A stretch of DNA of 64,000 nt. Source: Octopus sinensis (taxonomy: Eukaryota). Below are positions 38,020 to 51,295 of the stretch, one piece after another. The stretch covers positions 103,726,001 through 103,790,000 of the forward strand of contig NC_043006.1 of NCBI RefSeq assembly GCF_006345805.1, in the 5' to 3' direction. The position numbers were made by a program, and so were the translations under genes. Each line of letters opens with the position of its first letter. Within the stretch, counting starts at the first letter, position 1. The notes under the pieces were generated by a model. That model searched no databases. It saw nothing but the letters and a program-made list of their open reading frames with translations, and had not been told where the DNA came from.

Positions 38020-38524
38020 GTATGTATGTATGTGTACGTATATATATCATAAACCTGGACGTATGCTTGGTGCATGCGTACATGCCATTAAGAAATAATC
38101 ATGTGATTATAACCAATTTTCATTGCAGACGTATAGGTGATTCTCAATAACGTTCGAAATTCAGACCTTTTACCCGCTAACCTTCGACCTTGTATTCAGG
38201 AAAGTTATAAGAATTTTGAGGAACATTTTTTTGTTTGTTTAGTATCACACAAATTTTAGATGCTATATTTAAACTACGTCATCTACGTTTGTAGATGAGA
38301 GTGTACGGAAGTGGTGCGATATACTACAATGTACATCAAACAGCTTACTTTAGCGGACACGAAATATTTTAGTCAATCATAATAGAAGAGATCGATTTTA
38401 CTACGACTATAGCTATAGTGCGTCTGTTTTAATGCATGAATGAATGTATGTATGCTTCTATGTATGTACTCATGCCTGTACGACGGTAATCATGCACGTA
38501 TGTTGATATATGTATGTGTGTATG

Positions 38525-38567
<43 letters not shown>

Positions 38568-39585
38568 ATATATATATATTATAATATATACTGGTAACGA
38601 TCTGTAAACATGTGTGTATTGCCTGTGTATAGGTGTATTACACATATGATCTATGCTACGTGCTTTATTTTCTTGCATATACAGATGCAGTCAAGTACAA
38701 ATAGACATAGGTACTCATAAATGTGGCACCGTACCATAAATTTGTATAGAGATAAATAGAAGCAGACACACATGCATTATATATATATATATGTATGTAT
38801 ATAAACATATATGTACGTACATGTAAATATATATATATGTATTTATAAATACATACATATATATATATATATACATACATACATACATATATAATATATA
38901 TATATACATATATATGTATATAAATTAAATTATATTTACTCCCTAATATTATATATATATATATATATATATAAGCATTACAGACATACATGCAAGCCTA
39001 CGCGCGCTCAACTTCTACACGCTTATGGAAACACATACGCACTTCAATGGATATATTTACATATATACGTGCGTGAGTGTTTTGTGTGTGTGTACGTGTT
39101 TGAGTAATGGTATGTGTATACATCTACATATACATCCATACACCCCCACCCCACCCCACCCCACACACGAACATATTTATATAGACACATATACTCTCCC
39201 TTCGTCGGCCAATACAACAGTTCGCATCATCAAACGGCGAGCGGAACCATAGCAAATTGTTATGTAAGTCTGTTTTAGTCAGGTAATAATATCATTGTGC
39301 CAACAGAAAATCACTCTTAATATCGATCGCCAGCGATCAATTGCTATTTGAAAGCAATTTCCGCGAAAGAATTATCTAAACAGTGATAGCTGTGATAACC
39401 ATATCAATTACACAGCTTCTGCGACTCGAAGTTTTTAGTAGCATAATGTAATAAATAAGTCTACTGCGTAGATTCAGGATTTTTACCTTTTTTTTTCTTC
39501 TAGTGTTTGGTCTGTTTTCACTAAGTATACTTGCATAGTTGTTTCAGAACAAGTAATTAAACAAACACGCCTATGTAATGCTTTA

Positions 39586-39623
<38 letters not shown>

Positions 39624-40753
39624 TAAAAAAAAAATATATATATATAGATATATATGTATATGTGTGTGTGTGCGTGCGTGTGTGTGTGTGTGCGCGTGTG
39701 CTGTGTGTGTATATATGTCTATGCATATATTTAGTATAGCCGTAGACATTCGTACATACATGCATCTATATGTATGTGTAAGTGTGTGTGTGTATGTGTG
39801 TGTCTATTTACATACACATTTATTTGTGCATATGTGTGTGTTCACATATGTACATAAATATGTGGCGGCTCACATACATTACACACACACACATATATAT
39901 ATATACATACATACATACATACATACATACATACATACATACATAACGAACGCACATGTACACAACAACACGCCTACAGGGACACGATCATACATACATA
40001 TACAGAAAAAGTTTCGAAACGTATTCGATGATGTGATTTCATTTTGGTGGAGTGTCAAATATATTGGCAACAGACCCAGCTCTACCCGCAACTCTTGCGA
40101 CTCGCTGAATATAATTGAAATTAAATTGCCTAGTTTTGTTTTAATAATTTACATGGAAAAGGAAGGTGATATTGCCTTAACGAGCCCTTATCAACGCGCT
40201 CAGACGGGTGTGGTCGTTATGGTTAATGTTCTCGTTTAATTTCTATAAATTTATGCATTGCAGGTTTAGAGTTACAGGGTTGTTATGGTTTAGGTGATGA
40301 AAAAAGGCGGGGTGAGTTTTTAATGTGAGGTCTCTAGGATGAGAAATACTCTTTGGATAACGTCAGCTCGAAAGACGGGGAGATTATTTGAAAGAGGAAG
40401 GTCTTAGAGTTCAGAGGAACGAAACAATTTTATTTTATTAGCAGTAGTTCTGAGAATAGTGAAACGATAGAATGGAGAGGGCGCGGTGCAGCAATGGCTG
40501 TGCAGTTAAGAAGCTCGCTTGGCAACCAGATGGGTTCTGGTTCACTCCCACCGCGCAGCACTTCCAGCAAGTACCTTCTACTGTAATTTCCGACCGACTA
40601 GTGCTTTCGGAGTAAACTTGGTAGCCGCACAGAGTATGGAAGCAGTTCGTATATCTATATCTCTATCTATCTTGCTCCCTCTCTCTCTCTCGCATGTATA
40701 CATTATATATTTTTGTACATAATATATATATATATATATTTATATATATTGAT

Positions 40754-40955
40754 GTATTTAGGAATGGTCGTTTTGCCAGTTTAGTCAATAAAAACACACG
40801 CACTATATATTTGGTATTACTTTGCTTCAGCGTTATTTCTTTCTTTATATTAATCTTAACTTATTTCGGACAGAGTTCTTTCGCCACACTCCTGTGACCT
40901 CATCAGTGCGTGTGTTTTTATTAGCTAAACTGGCAAAAAGACCATTCCTAAATAC
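40754..40955 (-). mobile_element. Hairpin element: 51-bp inverted arms enclosing a degenerate hammerhead
   Basis: Arms at 40754-40804 and 40905-40955. Minus strand reads CTGATGA-g-gtcaca-ggag-tgtggc-GAAA. Confidence 0.75.
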
Positions 40956-41001
40956 AACAATATATGTTTCAACACACGGTTTCAAATCAAAATTCTTGCA
41001 A

Positions 41002-41047
<46 letters not shown>

Positions 41048-41522
41048 TATATATAATATATATAGGCCTTTGTGTGTATTTCTATTTCTATTTGTCCCCT
41101 TACAATCGCTTGACAATCGATGTGAAAATTGCTTAAGTTTCCCTAGCCTGGCACTTCGGTAAGTGTGATCGATAGAATTAGGTGCCTCAGTTTAAAAATA
41201 AAGACTAGGGGTTGATTTGTTCAATTAAACCGTTCGAGGGGGCGCTCAAGCATGGCCGCAGTCCACAAAAGATGCAACGGATTATGGTATCTCAAACCCA
41301 CACCCACAAATGCATTCTGGAATTTAATTATGGTCTAATATGTTCTCAGTTCAAATTCATGTGACGCCGATTTTGACCTTTATAATTCCGAGGTCCCAAA
41401 CAAGTATCAGGTGGGTATATTCGACTGCAACTTTGTCTAAATTGTTTGGCATTATGAACAACTGATCATCATATCAGCTCTAGGCCCTAAGGAATAACAA
41501 TTCTGTTTATTTTCGCGTATTC

Positions 41523-41558
41523 CTTTCTGTTGAAGAGCGTAGGCTCGAAACGTAAAAG
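41523..41558 (+). ncRNA. Hammerhead-like motif, A6U family
   Basis: cttt-CTGTTGA-a-gagc-gtag-gctc-GAAAC-GTA-aaag. Confidence 0.7.
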
Positions 41559-41882
41559 TCTTTCTCACCTTTTAGACTGTTAAACTAGGCACTAAGGAAT
41601 AAAAATTATGTTCATCGTTGTGTTCTCGCTGTTGTGAGTTAAACTTTTTTTTTTATCAGAGACTAGAAATTTCTCAAGGAGATTGATGGAACAAGATTTC
41701 AAAATGGGAACTTCAAGAACCGAAACAAATATACAAGCAGCTTCGATGTTTAAGATATTCAGTGTTGAAACCAACAGTTTCTATCAAACTTTACACGTAC
41801 GGAAGTCAAGACATGAATATTCACAGGGATGAAACTAACTCTCCACAAAAGCTGAAGATGCAGTTAATAAAATGCGATATAT

Positions 41883-41966
<84 letters not shown>

Positions 41967-41968
41967 TA

Positions 41969-42363
41969 CAGCTGTGGCTGGGTGGTAAGTAGCTTCCTTA
42001 CCAACCACATGGTTCCGGGTTCATTCCCCCTGCGTGGCACCTTGGGCAAGTGTCTTCTACTATAGCCTCGGCCGACCAAAGCCTTGTGAGAGGATTTGGT
42101 AGACGGAAACTGAAAGAAGCCTGTCGTATATATGTATGTATATATATATATATATATATATACATACACATATAGATATATATGTATGTGTATATGTTTG
42201 TGTCTGTGTCCCCCCCAACACCACTTGACGACCGAGGCTGGTGTGTTTCCGTCCCCGTTACTTAGCGGTTCAGCAAAAGAGACCGATAGTATAAGTACTA
42301 CGCTTCCAAAGTCCTAGGGTCGACTTGCTCGACTAAAGGGGGTGCTCCAGCATGGCAGCAGTC
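41969..42363 (+). mobile_element. tRNA-derived SINE family A
   Basis: Matches 27582-27975. Confidence 0.9.
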
Positions 42364-42364
42364 G

Positions 42365-42525
42365 GAATTTACAAAACAACAAAAGATGAAGACAGGGGTA
42401 TAAACAACAAACAGGTGCATTAGTTTAACAATGGAGAAGGTGAGAAAGACTTTTACGTTTCGAGCCTACGCTCTTCAACACAAAGGAATATGCGAAAACA
42501 GAGAACAAAAATGCTTTAGTGGCTA
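42365..42525 (-). mobile_element. Hammerhead-motif unit, A6U family
   Basis: Minus strand at 42450-42485 reads cttt-GTGTTGA-a-gagc-gtag-gctc-GAAAC-GTA-aaag. Confidence 0.75.
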
Positions 42526-42527
42526 GC

Positions 42528-42655
<128 letters not shown>

Positions 42656-42945
42656 CTAAGCTGCACTCTAATTGGCCAAAATATTTCGTTAAAAAGAGCG
42701 GGATAAATGCTAACCAAGTAGACACACTCATTAAACCGCGACTTGTAAGCCGCATACTGACTGCTCGAAATACAATTTGAATTTAGTTGGTGCGTTCACC
42801 GAACCATGACACCTAAGCCACATAATGATTGGTGATTTTGCAGTTCGTAACATTCAGCCTGTTGGAGACTATCAGAAAGTATCTAAAATACAAATCTCAT
42901 GATTATACTGCAATTGCTAATTATAGAACACGACTGTTACTACTG

Positions 42946-43021
<76 letters not shown>

Positions 43022-43099
43022 ATAAACCTGATGATTGCGTAACGCAAACGCATGAAAGTACAAATTTAATCCTAATATGTATATAATATACTATTATCA

Positions 43100-43459
43100 T
43101 CTCTATATATAAACGGCAAAATGTCTGTGTGTGTCCTTTATACAAATCCACAATTTTTTAGTTAGAGGGCTCGCACTTTCTATGGTCAGTTAAAACCGTT
43201 CAAGGGTGGTCGTGTATATCTTTACATTACCCTACTTACTACGCAAAGCCATTAAAAAAATCAATAAACGTGACTTTTTGTGAATTTTCTATCCAAAACC
43301 CAAGCAAAATGCCCGAAACTTGATACGCCAATTGAATGCCAGCTAGCTGTATGTGATTGGTCGGAGATTTGGACAGTACTCGCGTGTATGTGCGCACGCA
43401 CGCAGCTGTATATGCATGCACTAAAACTATGATCCAGCGTTGCCGGGTCCAAGTGCTAG
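43100..43459 (+). mobile_element. Non-autonomous Helitron
   Basis: 5' A|TCTCTATATATAAA, 3' CTAG|T, and the GC-rich subterminal hairpin atccagc-gtt-gccgggt at 43432-43448. Confidence 0.8.
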
Positions 43460-43854
43460 TAATACTATAAAATTGTAGAAATTGTAAATAATAAACCGTG
43501 AAAATGTTGGAATTTCATTGATCATTACATTAATAAAGATACATACATATTGTCATACATACATACATGCATATATGTAAATATATATACATGCAAATAT
43601 ATATGTATGCATATATGTATGACAATATATATGTGCATTATTTACATTTGACGGATATTTGTCCTCATCTTCTGGTGCCTTATTATTTAACACATTCACC
43701 GGTAAAATTTCCACTTTCTTTTTTTCTTATTTTCCTAAAATTTTCGTTGCGTCTTGCAACCTTTTCAATAGTCCTGAATATGCTTCAACACACGAACTCA
43801 TATAAATAATCTTGCAAACCAAATCCAAAAACGAAATGTCCTCATCTTTTTTGT

Positions 43855-43970
43855 TGTTAACAACGTTTCGGCTGATATACTCTCCAACCTCCATCAGGTA
43901 TCCTGGGGAAATTTCGAACCTGGGTTCTCACTCCTAAGGTATTTTTCGATGTTATTGTTGTCGTTGCTAT
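43855..43970 (-). mobile_element. Short microsatellite-anchored element with a degenerate hammerhead
   Basis: Minus strand reads CTGATGG-aggttgga-gagtata-tcagcc-GAAAC-GTT, flanked by (ttg/tta)n. Confidence 0.6.
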
Positions 43971-43983
43971 TATTATTATTATT

Positions 43984-44545
43984 GACTGAGAGAGCAGTGC
44001 ATGCCATCAAAGTGACACTGGGGTAAAATATACGAAGTCCAGTATACCCATCATGACTACCCGTCTGATAAGGGTACACAAGGCACATGGCACATACATC
44101 ACAACCATATGTGCGCGACATGGTGATCTCATATCAAGATAAACAGCACATGACCTTGCAGGTGGGGCCCAGTTAGAATTTTCTTCAGGTTGAGTAGCCC
44201 ATCCCGCTCAAAAGGTCCCTGAATAAGGGTTGTTTAAGGATGTTGAAAGAACCACCCATGTTTCCAGAGGTGAATTATTCAAACCCCAAAGAATCCCTCT
44301 CAACACATGGCCATGATGCTCCCCCACTACTTCTGCTCGTGATCAGAGATGCACATATCGTCAGCCACTAAGGGACATGCTCAACTGGATATGGTCAAAC
44401 AACTGACAAGCAAATCTGTGGTATTGAGCAGAATATTTGCTGTAGCCCATCTTTTATACCAAGACAAAACAATGTACATGATAACACTTCCAATCAGTTA
44501 AGATCAGAAGCCATGAGAGCCACTGCCTGGTACTGCATCAGGGCA
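43984..44545 (-). mobile_element. Non-coding (TAA)n-tailed repeat element, copy 3 (full length, about 560 bp)
   Basis: Bounded by (tta)n on both sides; the ends match copy 2. Confidence 0.9.
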
Positions 44546-44597
44546 TTTATTTTTATTATTATTATTATTATTATTATTTTATTATTATTATTATTAT

Positions 44598-44659
<62 letters not shown>

Positions 44660-45454
44660 ATAGTAGTAGGAATAGTAGGATTATTAGTAGTAGTAGTGGT
44701 AGTAGTAGTAGTATTACTATTACTATTATCATTATTATTATTATTATTATACCTATTCCCATATGCTACTCATATCTGTACTCGGTCTGCTTAGGAGGTT
44801 GTATAACCTACTATAGCTGCATGGAATGGATTTATAAGCCCTAAAATTCACTCACTACGAGTGGTTAAGGGCGCGAGCTTCTAATTCAGGAACGATACAA
44901 CCTGTACCCAACGAATTAGTAAAGATATTCTCTTTATTACAAAATACAGACCCGTTTTGAACGTATCGACAACAAACGACATATCCTCCACGGCCTTAGA
45001 ATAACACAAACACACATGCAAATATTAAAAATGATACACTCAAGAGATTCCCAAGAATTCATTAAAAAAGGGTCCCAATCACTGCTATGATCCACAACGA
45101 CCCACTTTTAATGTCACTTGACCATTTAACATCCTACTACTATCATACTACCTTCATTCCTTTCTTATTCTCCCTCTTCTTTCTCCTTCTTCTTCGTCTT
45201 GTTCCTCTCCGCCACCTCCTTCCTAACTTTACCACTATTGCTATTTAGAATAACACCTACGCAAATTTTATAAACAAAACATTCAAAAGAGATGTCTAAA
45301 GAATTCAACCACTACTACAACAACAAGTCACTTTCAGGGCACTTGACCATTTAAAAGCCTACTATTTTCATGGCTCTCCCGCATCCTTCTTCTTCTTCTC
45401 CTCCTTCTTTCTCTCCTTCCTCTTCTTCTTCTTCTTCTTCTTTTCTTGTATAGG

Positions 45455-45543
<89 letters not shown>

Positions 45544-46652
45544 TACCTTACATAATGCATGCGACCTGGAGTAAGCCTTCTTGTTGATTGTTACAGCTTA
45601 TTGCGTGAGCGCTTTCCTATAACGGTTATGAATAACTGCAGTTAAATACTGCTGAAAAATCTCAAGTGAATAACAAATAATTATTTGCTATCTAAATTTT
45701 CACAATATCCATTTAAATATGTTGTATTTACAGAGCAAATATAAATAAACAGAGAAGTGGATGACAGAGAGAGAGAGGGGGGAGGGAGAAAGAGAGAGAG
45801 GAAAGGAGACAGAGAGAAGCTTGCGTAGGCACGTGCATTTGCGTATGCACGTCTGCGCGGGTGTACGTTTGTTTTAGATTACACAAAGCACCAAACACTC
45901 CACACACACACACATACAGGCACAAGGAAAGGTAAAGTGGACTTTGTGAAAAATTGGGAAACTGAAATGAAGCTGAGTGAAATTTGCTTTGCCCAAAATT
46001 AAAAAGTGTAATTAATGAATTTGAAAGATTTGAATCTTTCATCAGCACGCATTTTTATAAACCATGGATAGCATTTATAGTAAGTGGTAAATTGTATATT
46101 GTTTATTTTTATACTACCTCAATTTGATCATAACACATTGCCTTCCATCCTCCTGATGCGGTTAACCGCGGAGTTCACTTCGGTGAGGCTTTGTCACTCG
46201 AAAGTCAAAACCCTAAGTGATCCCAGATCATAGGCCATTTTACTTTTACTTGGAAAGTTAAATATTCCTAGTCACAGCGCCGGGCTATGTCCATATTCGA
46301 ATTAAACCAATAAGCAGTATACAACAAATAATTACCCGTCCAACAATGGGTAATAACATGTCCAACTTAGTCTTTACCACCAATACAGGCTTCATTCAAA
46401 AGGGTCATTCCAACAGCTATGGCTAACAGCATGATACAATTATATGTACATGGTTCAAATACTGCAACTCACGCATATAACATTAAACATGATACCCGTC
46501 ACGAACTTGAATTTCTGGAAGGCCAAATGAAAGGAAATTGAAAAAGAGACCCTCAAAACAAACCAGACACAGCATACTGTCAACCTATATATTAATGAGG
46601 GAATTAATTTTCTGTACGAAGAGCTAATCATAATGAGTAAAATGCGTGTATC

Positions 46653-46734
<82 letters not shown>

Positions 46735-47079
46735 TATATATAATGTGAAATAGAAAGATGAATAATCTTGTAGTAGATTAATCAAAAGTTTAACCGATAC
46801 CTTAGTAGCAAAAATCACAGCAGTGAACAGCACGGTTGGAGGTACAACCATCTGGCGTTGCAACCGTGCGTTGGTGCGGATAATTGAAATTAAAACACAA
46901 TATGGTCCCATTATTCAATCGGATTTTGGTAATTTGTGCCTTTCGAAACACGTGTAGAATGAATAAAACGATTTCTGTTCAATCTGCGTTCAGCTCCATT
47001 TCTTCAATTCACCAATAATGTTATATATATATATATATTAATATATATATATATATATAATTATATATATATATATATA

Positions 47080-49400
47080 AGCTTATTCCTGCAAGAACTT
47101 GATTCCACGAGCTAGACAGATACTAATACGTAATAGAAAAAAAACTAACAAAACAAATAAAAAATATTAATCTCTCTCAACAGATAAGACTGCCATAAAA
47201 ATAAAATAAAATAAAATAAGATAAAATAGAAAAACATTGTACTGAACCTAAAGATATCTTATGAAGTAAAAAAGAAATTAGTTGAAGGGAAAATTATAGA
47301 GGATGATCGTAAGTTCTTTTTGCAGTTTGCTAAACAAAAATTCTTACACATAACCAGCTTGGCCCTCAAATGGATCAAAGTGGATCATACGCTGATGATT
47401 CATCACGGATATGCGCACTCTTGGCTCAACGATATGACTGTGGATTTCTCCAACCTATAATTAACAAAATATTGCATAATCGAAATTGAATTCTCTGATC
47501 CCTAGAAATCAACTACAGATACATATTTAGAAATTAATGATATACTCTTAACTCTTTTACTCTTTTATTTGTTTCAGTCATTTGATTGTGGCCATGCTGG
47601 AGCACCGCCTCTGGTCGAGAAAATCGACCCCAGGACTTATTCTTTGTAAGCCTAGTACTTATTCTATCGGTCTCTTTTGCCGAACCGCTAAGTTACGGGG
47701 GCGTAAACACACCAGCATCGGTTGTCAAGCGATGTTGGGGGTGGGGGGCAAACACATACACACACACACACATATATATATATACATATATACGACGGGC
47801 TTCTTTCAGTTTCCATCTACTAAATCCACTCACAAGGATTTGGTCGGCCCGAGGCTATAGTAGAAAACACTTGCCCTAGGTGCCACGCAGTGGGACTGAA
47901 CCCGGAACCATGTGGTTGGTAAGCAAGCTACTTACCACACAGCCAATCCTACGCGATATGATGGAATATGATATACTTGTAGCTGTTAATGAACTTGATT
48001 CAAACTCAGCGTTAGGAGTTTGGGTCCCTCTCAGATGGTCTCCCAGCCAAACTGTTAAAACATGCAAAAATGTCCTTGCTATGTCAAAAGTTTCTTTAAA
48101 CCGGCATATTCCAAGAACTACTGAAAGAGACAGTGGTAACACCTACACATAAAGGAGGAAGCATGGCTGAAGAGGAAAATTACGGACATGTTCCTCTCAT
48201 TTCTCACACATCTAAAGTTATGGAACTCGTTGTCCACAAAAGAAGAATTACGTACATTGAGGAAAACAACCTCTTAGAGGATACAGAGCAAGGTTTTCGT
48301 ATTGGACGAAGTTGCCTGACACCATAACGCCATCTTCAGTAATTTCTCGAGAGGAATGGACACTAAATGGACACCTGACAAGATTGATCACTGAATCATG
48401 TGTTATATACAATGAATCTTGTTATCACCAGAACACTTAGAGAATGGCATTTTGACTTCTTACTAGGTTGGAAACAACCGGTTGTGACAGACAGTCTTCT
48501 CTCTGCAAAGTCATCTGTAATAAGTGGAATACCTCAGGACAGGGTTCTAAAACCATTATTATTTAGTATCACCCTATTAGGTATACTCTACCATCCTAAC
48601 GATTAAAAAATTATCGATAGCTATCAAAAAACCGGAAAATACCGTCACATTCTAAAATTAGCGAAACTACATTTATACGAATTTAATGCATCTAAATTTA
48701 AGGTGCTTCATTATGTAGGACACACACACAAATCACATAATTTGGCATCAGATGATAGAATAATTCAAGCAGTTAATGACATACCAGAGTTAGGAGGAAT
48801 CACGTCAAATTATACATCTTTCATTTGCTGCATCACCAGACAAACCTCTAAATGCAGACCTCTCGTAGGATGGAACATACGAACTTTGAGCACAAAAGAA
48901 CCGATAGCTATGCAGACTCTACGGAAAACTTTAGTTCTTAGCATATTAGTCTCGAAACTCATCCGGTCTCATAGATGCCGAAGGATAACAAAGAACGCTC
49001 ACGTGTAGAATAACTTCGCATAAAGGCCTTAATAACTAGAAACGTTTGAAAGCTTTGCGTCTTTACTCTCTGGAATGGTGAAGAAAGATATACTATCACA
49101 TATATACGGAAAAACCTGGAGGTGTATGTTCCGAAATTCAGTATGAGAGAAAATGTTAATGTCTGATATTTAGAGGTCCTCAGTTCTTCAACCGTGAACC
49201 TAAAGAAATCAGAAATATAAAAGGGACGTCTACTGAAACCAGTTCATCATTCAGGGATAAACTCAAGGAAGCTCACTTGCTACAAACACAATCGGTCTTA
49301 CTTCCAGCTACAAAACGAAAACAAAACTAAAAGAAAATTAATTAAAGCAGTGCTCTAGCATGGCCGTAGTCCTACGCTGTAACCATCAAAAGAATAAGAG
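47080..49400 (+). mobile_element. Heavily degraded CR1-like LINE interrupted by a SINE
   Basis: DILVAVNELDSNSA, ENYGHVPLISHTSKVMELVV...EQGFRIGRSCL, SGIPQDRVLKPLLF. The tail is gtgctctagcatggccg. Confidence 0.75.
47545..47944 (-). mobile_element. tRNA-derived SINE family A nested in the CR1 relic
   Basis: Full-length reverse complement of the 27582 family. Confidence 0.92.
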
Positions 49401-49723
49401 AGAGAATGCATATTTATAATGTAATTAGTTCAACTTGAACAGAGGTCGACTTTACCTTTCATCTTTCTCGTGGTTGATAAAATAGGTTCCCGTCGTGTAC
49501 TCAGCTGTTCATGTAATCCGCTAACCCATTCTCGTCAAAATGTCTGGCCTCGTGCCAATAGTAGAAAGAATTATGGATGTGTGTATACATGTATGCATGT
49601 ATATATTTATGTATGTATATATGTATGTATGTATGTATGCATGTATATATTTATGTATGTATATATGTATGTATGTAGGCATGTATATATTTATGTATGT
49701 ATATATGTATGTATGTATGTATG

Positions 49724-49755
<32 letters not shown>

Positions 49756-49799
49756 CATGGATATATGTATGTATGCATGTATGAATGTATGTAAATCGA

Positions 49800-49990
49800 G
49801 AATAACAATAAAAGAAAACAACAAACAGTAAACAGTGAATGTATTAAGTTCATGCTGAAAAAGATGAGGGTGTAACGTTTCGGGCATAGCTCTTCGTCAG
49901 AATGAGGAAAGAAGTAAGTTCCAGAGAGGAGAAAAAATACTACAAGACAATATCGTGTGTGGTTACATTGCCGATTATCGCGCTCTCTCA
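49800..49990 (-). mobile_element. About 190-bp hammerhead-motif unit with a canonical core
   Basis: Minus strand at about 49870-49905 reads CTGACGA-a-gagc-tat-gccc-GAAAC-GTT. Stem I is weak. The unit ends in (TACA)n. Confidence 0.65.
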
Positions 49991-50338
49991 TGGATTTACT
50001 ATATCCTTTGGACCTTGATTCGGAATAACTAATTCTTGGGATTTCCTACAATGGCTTACCATACCTTTGGATTTCGTTACATCTTTGAATTACCTTGCAC
50101 TGTGTTGTTTTTGTACCTCATGTATGTATGTGTGTATGTTTGTCATTGTTGAGTTTTATTTCAAGATTTCAAGATTTCTTGACAATAGAGAAAGTTTCTA
50201 ATCTAGATTCAAGGCTTCTTCAATGGAAGTTCAACATCAACAACAGTTTTTATTTGTATGTATGTATGTATGTATGTATGTATGTATGTATGTATGTATG
50301 TATGTATGTATGTATATATATATATGTATGTATGTGTG

Positions 50339-50670
50339 AAGGCGCATGACTCAGTGGTTAGAGCGTCAAGCTTACGATCGTGAGGTTGTGAGCTCGAATC
50401 GCGGACCGGGCTGCGTGTTGGGTTCTTGAGCAAGACACTTTATTTCACATTGCTCCAGTTCACTCAGCTGTAGAAATGAGTTGTGATATCACAGGTGCCA
50501 AGCTGTATCGGCCTCTGTCTTTCCCTTGGATAACATCGGTGGCGTGAAGAGGGGAGGCCGGTATGCATGGGCGACTGCTGGTCTTCCATAAACAAACTTG
50601 CCCGGACTTGTACCTGGGAGGGTAACTTTCTAGGTGCAATCCCATGTTCTGTGTCGTGACCGAAGGGGTT
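50339..50670 (+). mobile_element. tRNA-derived SINE
   Basis: ggcgcatgactcagtggttagagcg...gctcgaatc; matches 3190-3490. Confidence 0.9.
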
Positions 50671-50916
50671 CTTAGAATGTGTACAGATTTGTATGTTTTC
50701 TTTTATGTGTGTATTCTCATGCATATAGTTGCATATCTAGACATGCTCATATATATTTAAATTATAAACTTCTGGAAAGTTTTACAGATTTTTACAGTTC
50801 CAGTGATGGATTGGATCTGTAGTCTTCGAATTAGCTTTCTTCCATCTGGTTTTGAGAAGCCTTATTTCTTATGATTGTTATTTAGGTAGTGTGTTAAATA
50901 TCCCAGGGCCCATGGG

Positions 50917-50947
<31 letters not shown>

Positions 50948-50974
50948 TGTATGTATGTATGTATGTGTGTGTGA

Positions 50975-51295
50975 AGGCGCATAGTTTAGTGAATAGGGCA
51001 TTCGACTCACGATTGCAAGGTCGTGAGATCAATTACTGGTGATGCGTTGTGTCCTTGAGCAAGACACTTTATTTAACGTTGCTCCATTCCACTCAGCTGG
51101 CAAAAATGATTAGTACCTGTATTTCAAAGGGCCAGCCTTGTCAAATTCTGTGTCACGCTGAATCTCCCTGAGAACTACGTTAGGGGTACACGTGTCTGTG
51201 GATTGCTCAGTCACTTGCACGTTAATTTCACGAACAAGCTGTTCCGTTGATATTATCAGCTAGGACCCTCGTCGTCGTAACCGACGGAGTGCTCC
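50975..51295 (+). mobile_element. tRNA-derived SINE family B
   Basis: tRNA-like head plus the cacgttaatttcacga body. Confidence 0.88.

Noticed and set aside
41660-41875. Exon after a strong acceptor (tttttttatcag) with an open frame
   Set aside because: Another frame reads KLYTYGSQDMNIHRDETNSPQKLKMQL, resembling a decayed RTE RT C-terminus, so it is more likely a LINE relic.
45115-45450. Two related cacttgaccatttaa...(CTT)n blocks about 225 bp apart
   Set aside because: An old local duplication of low-complexity DNA with no further structure.
46020-46050. Hammerhead at CTGATGA (minus 46039-46045)
   Set aside because: A hairpin follows, but there is no GAAA and no stem I or III.
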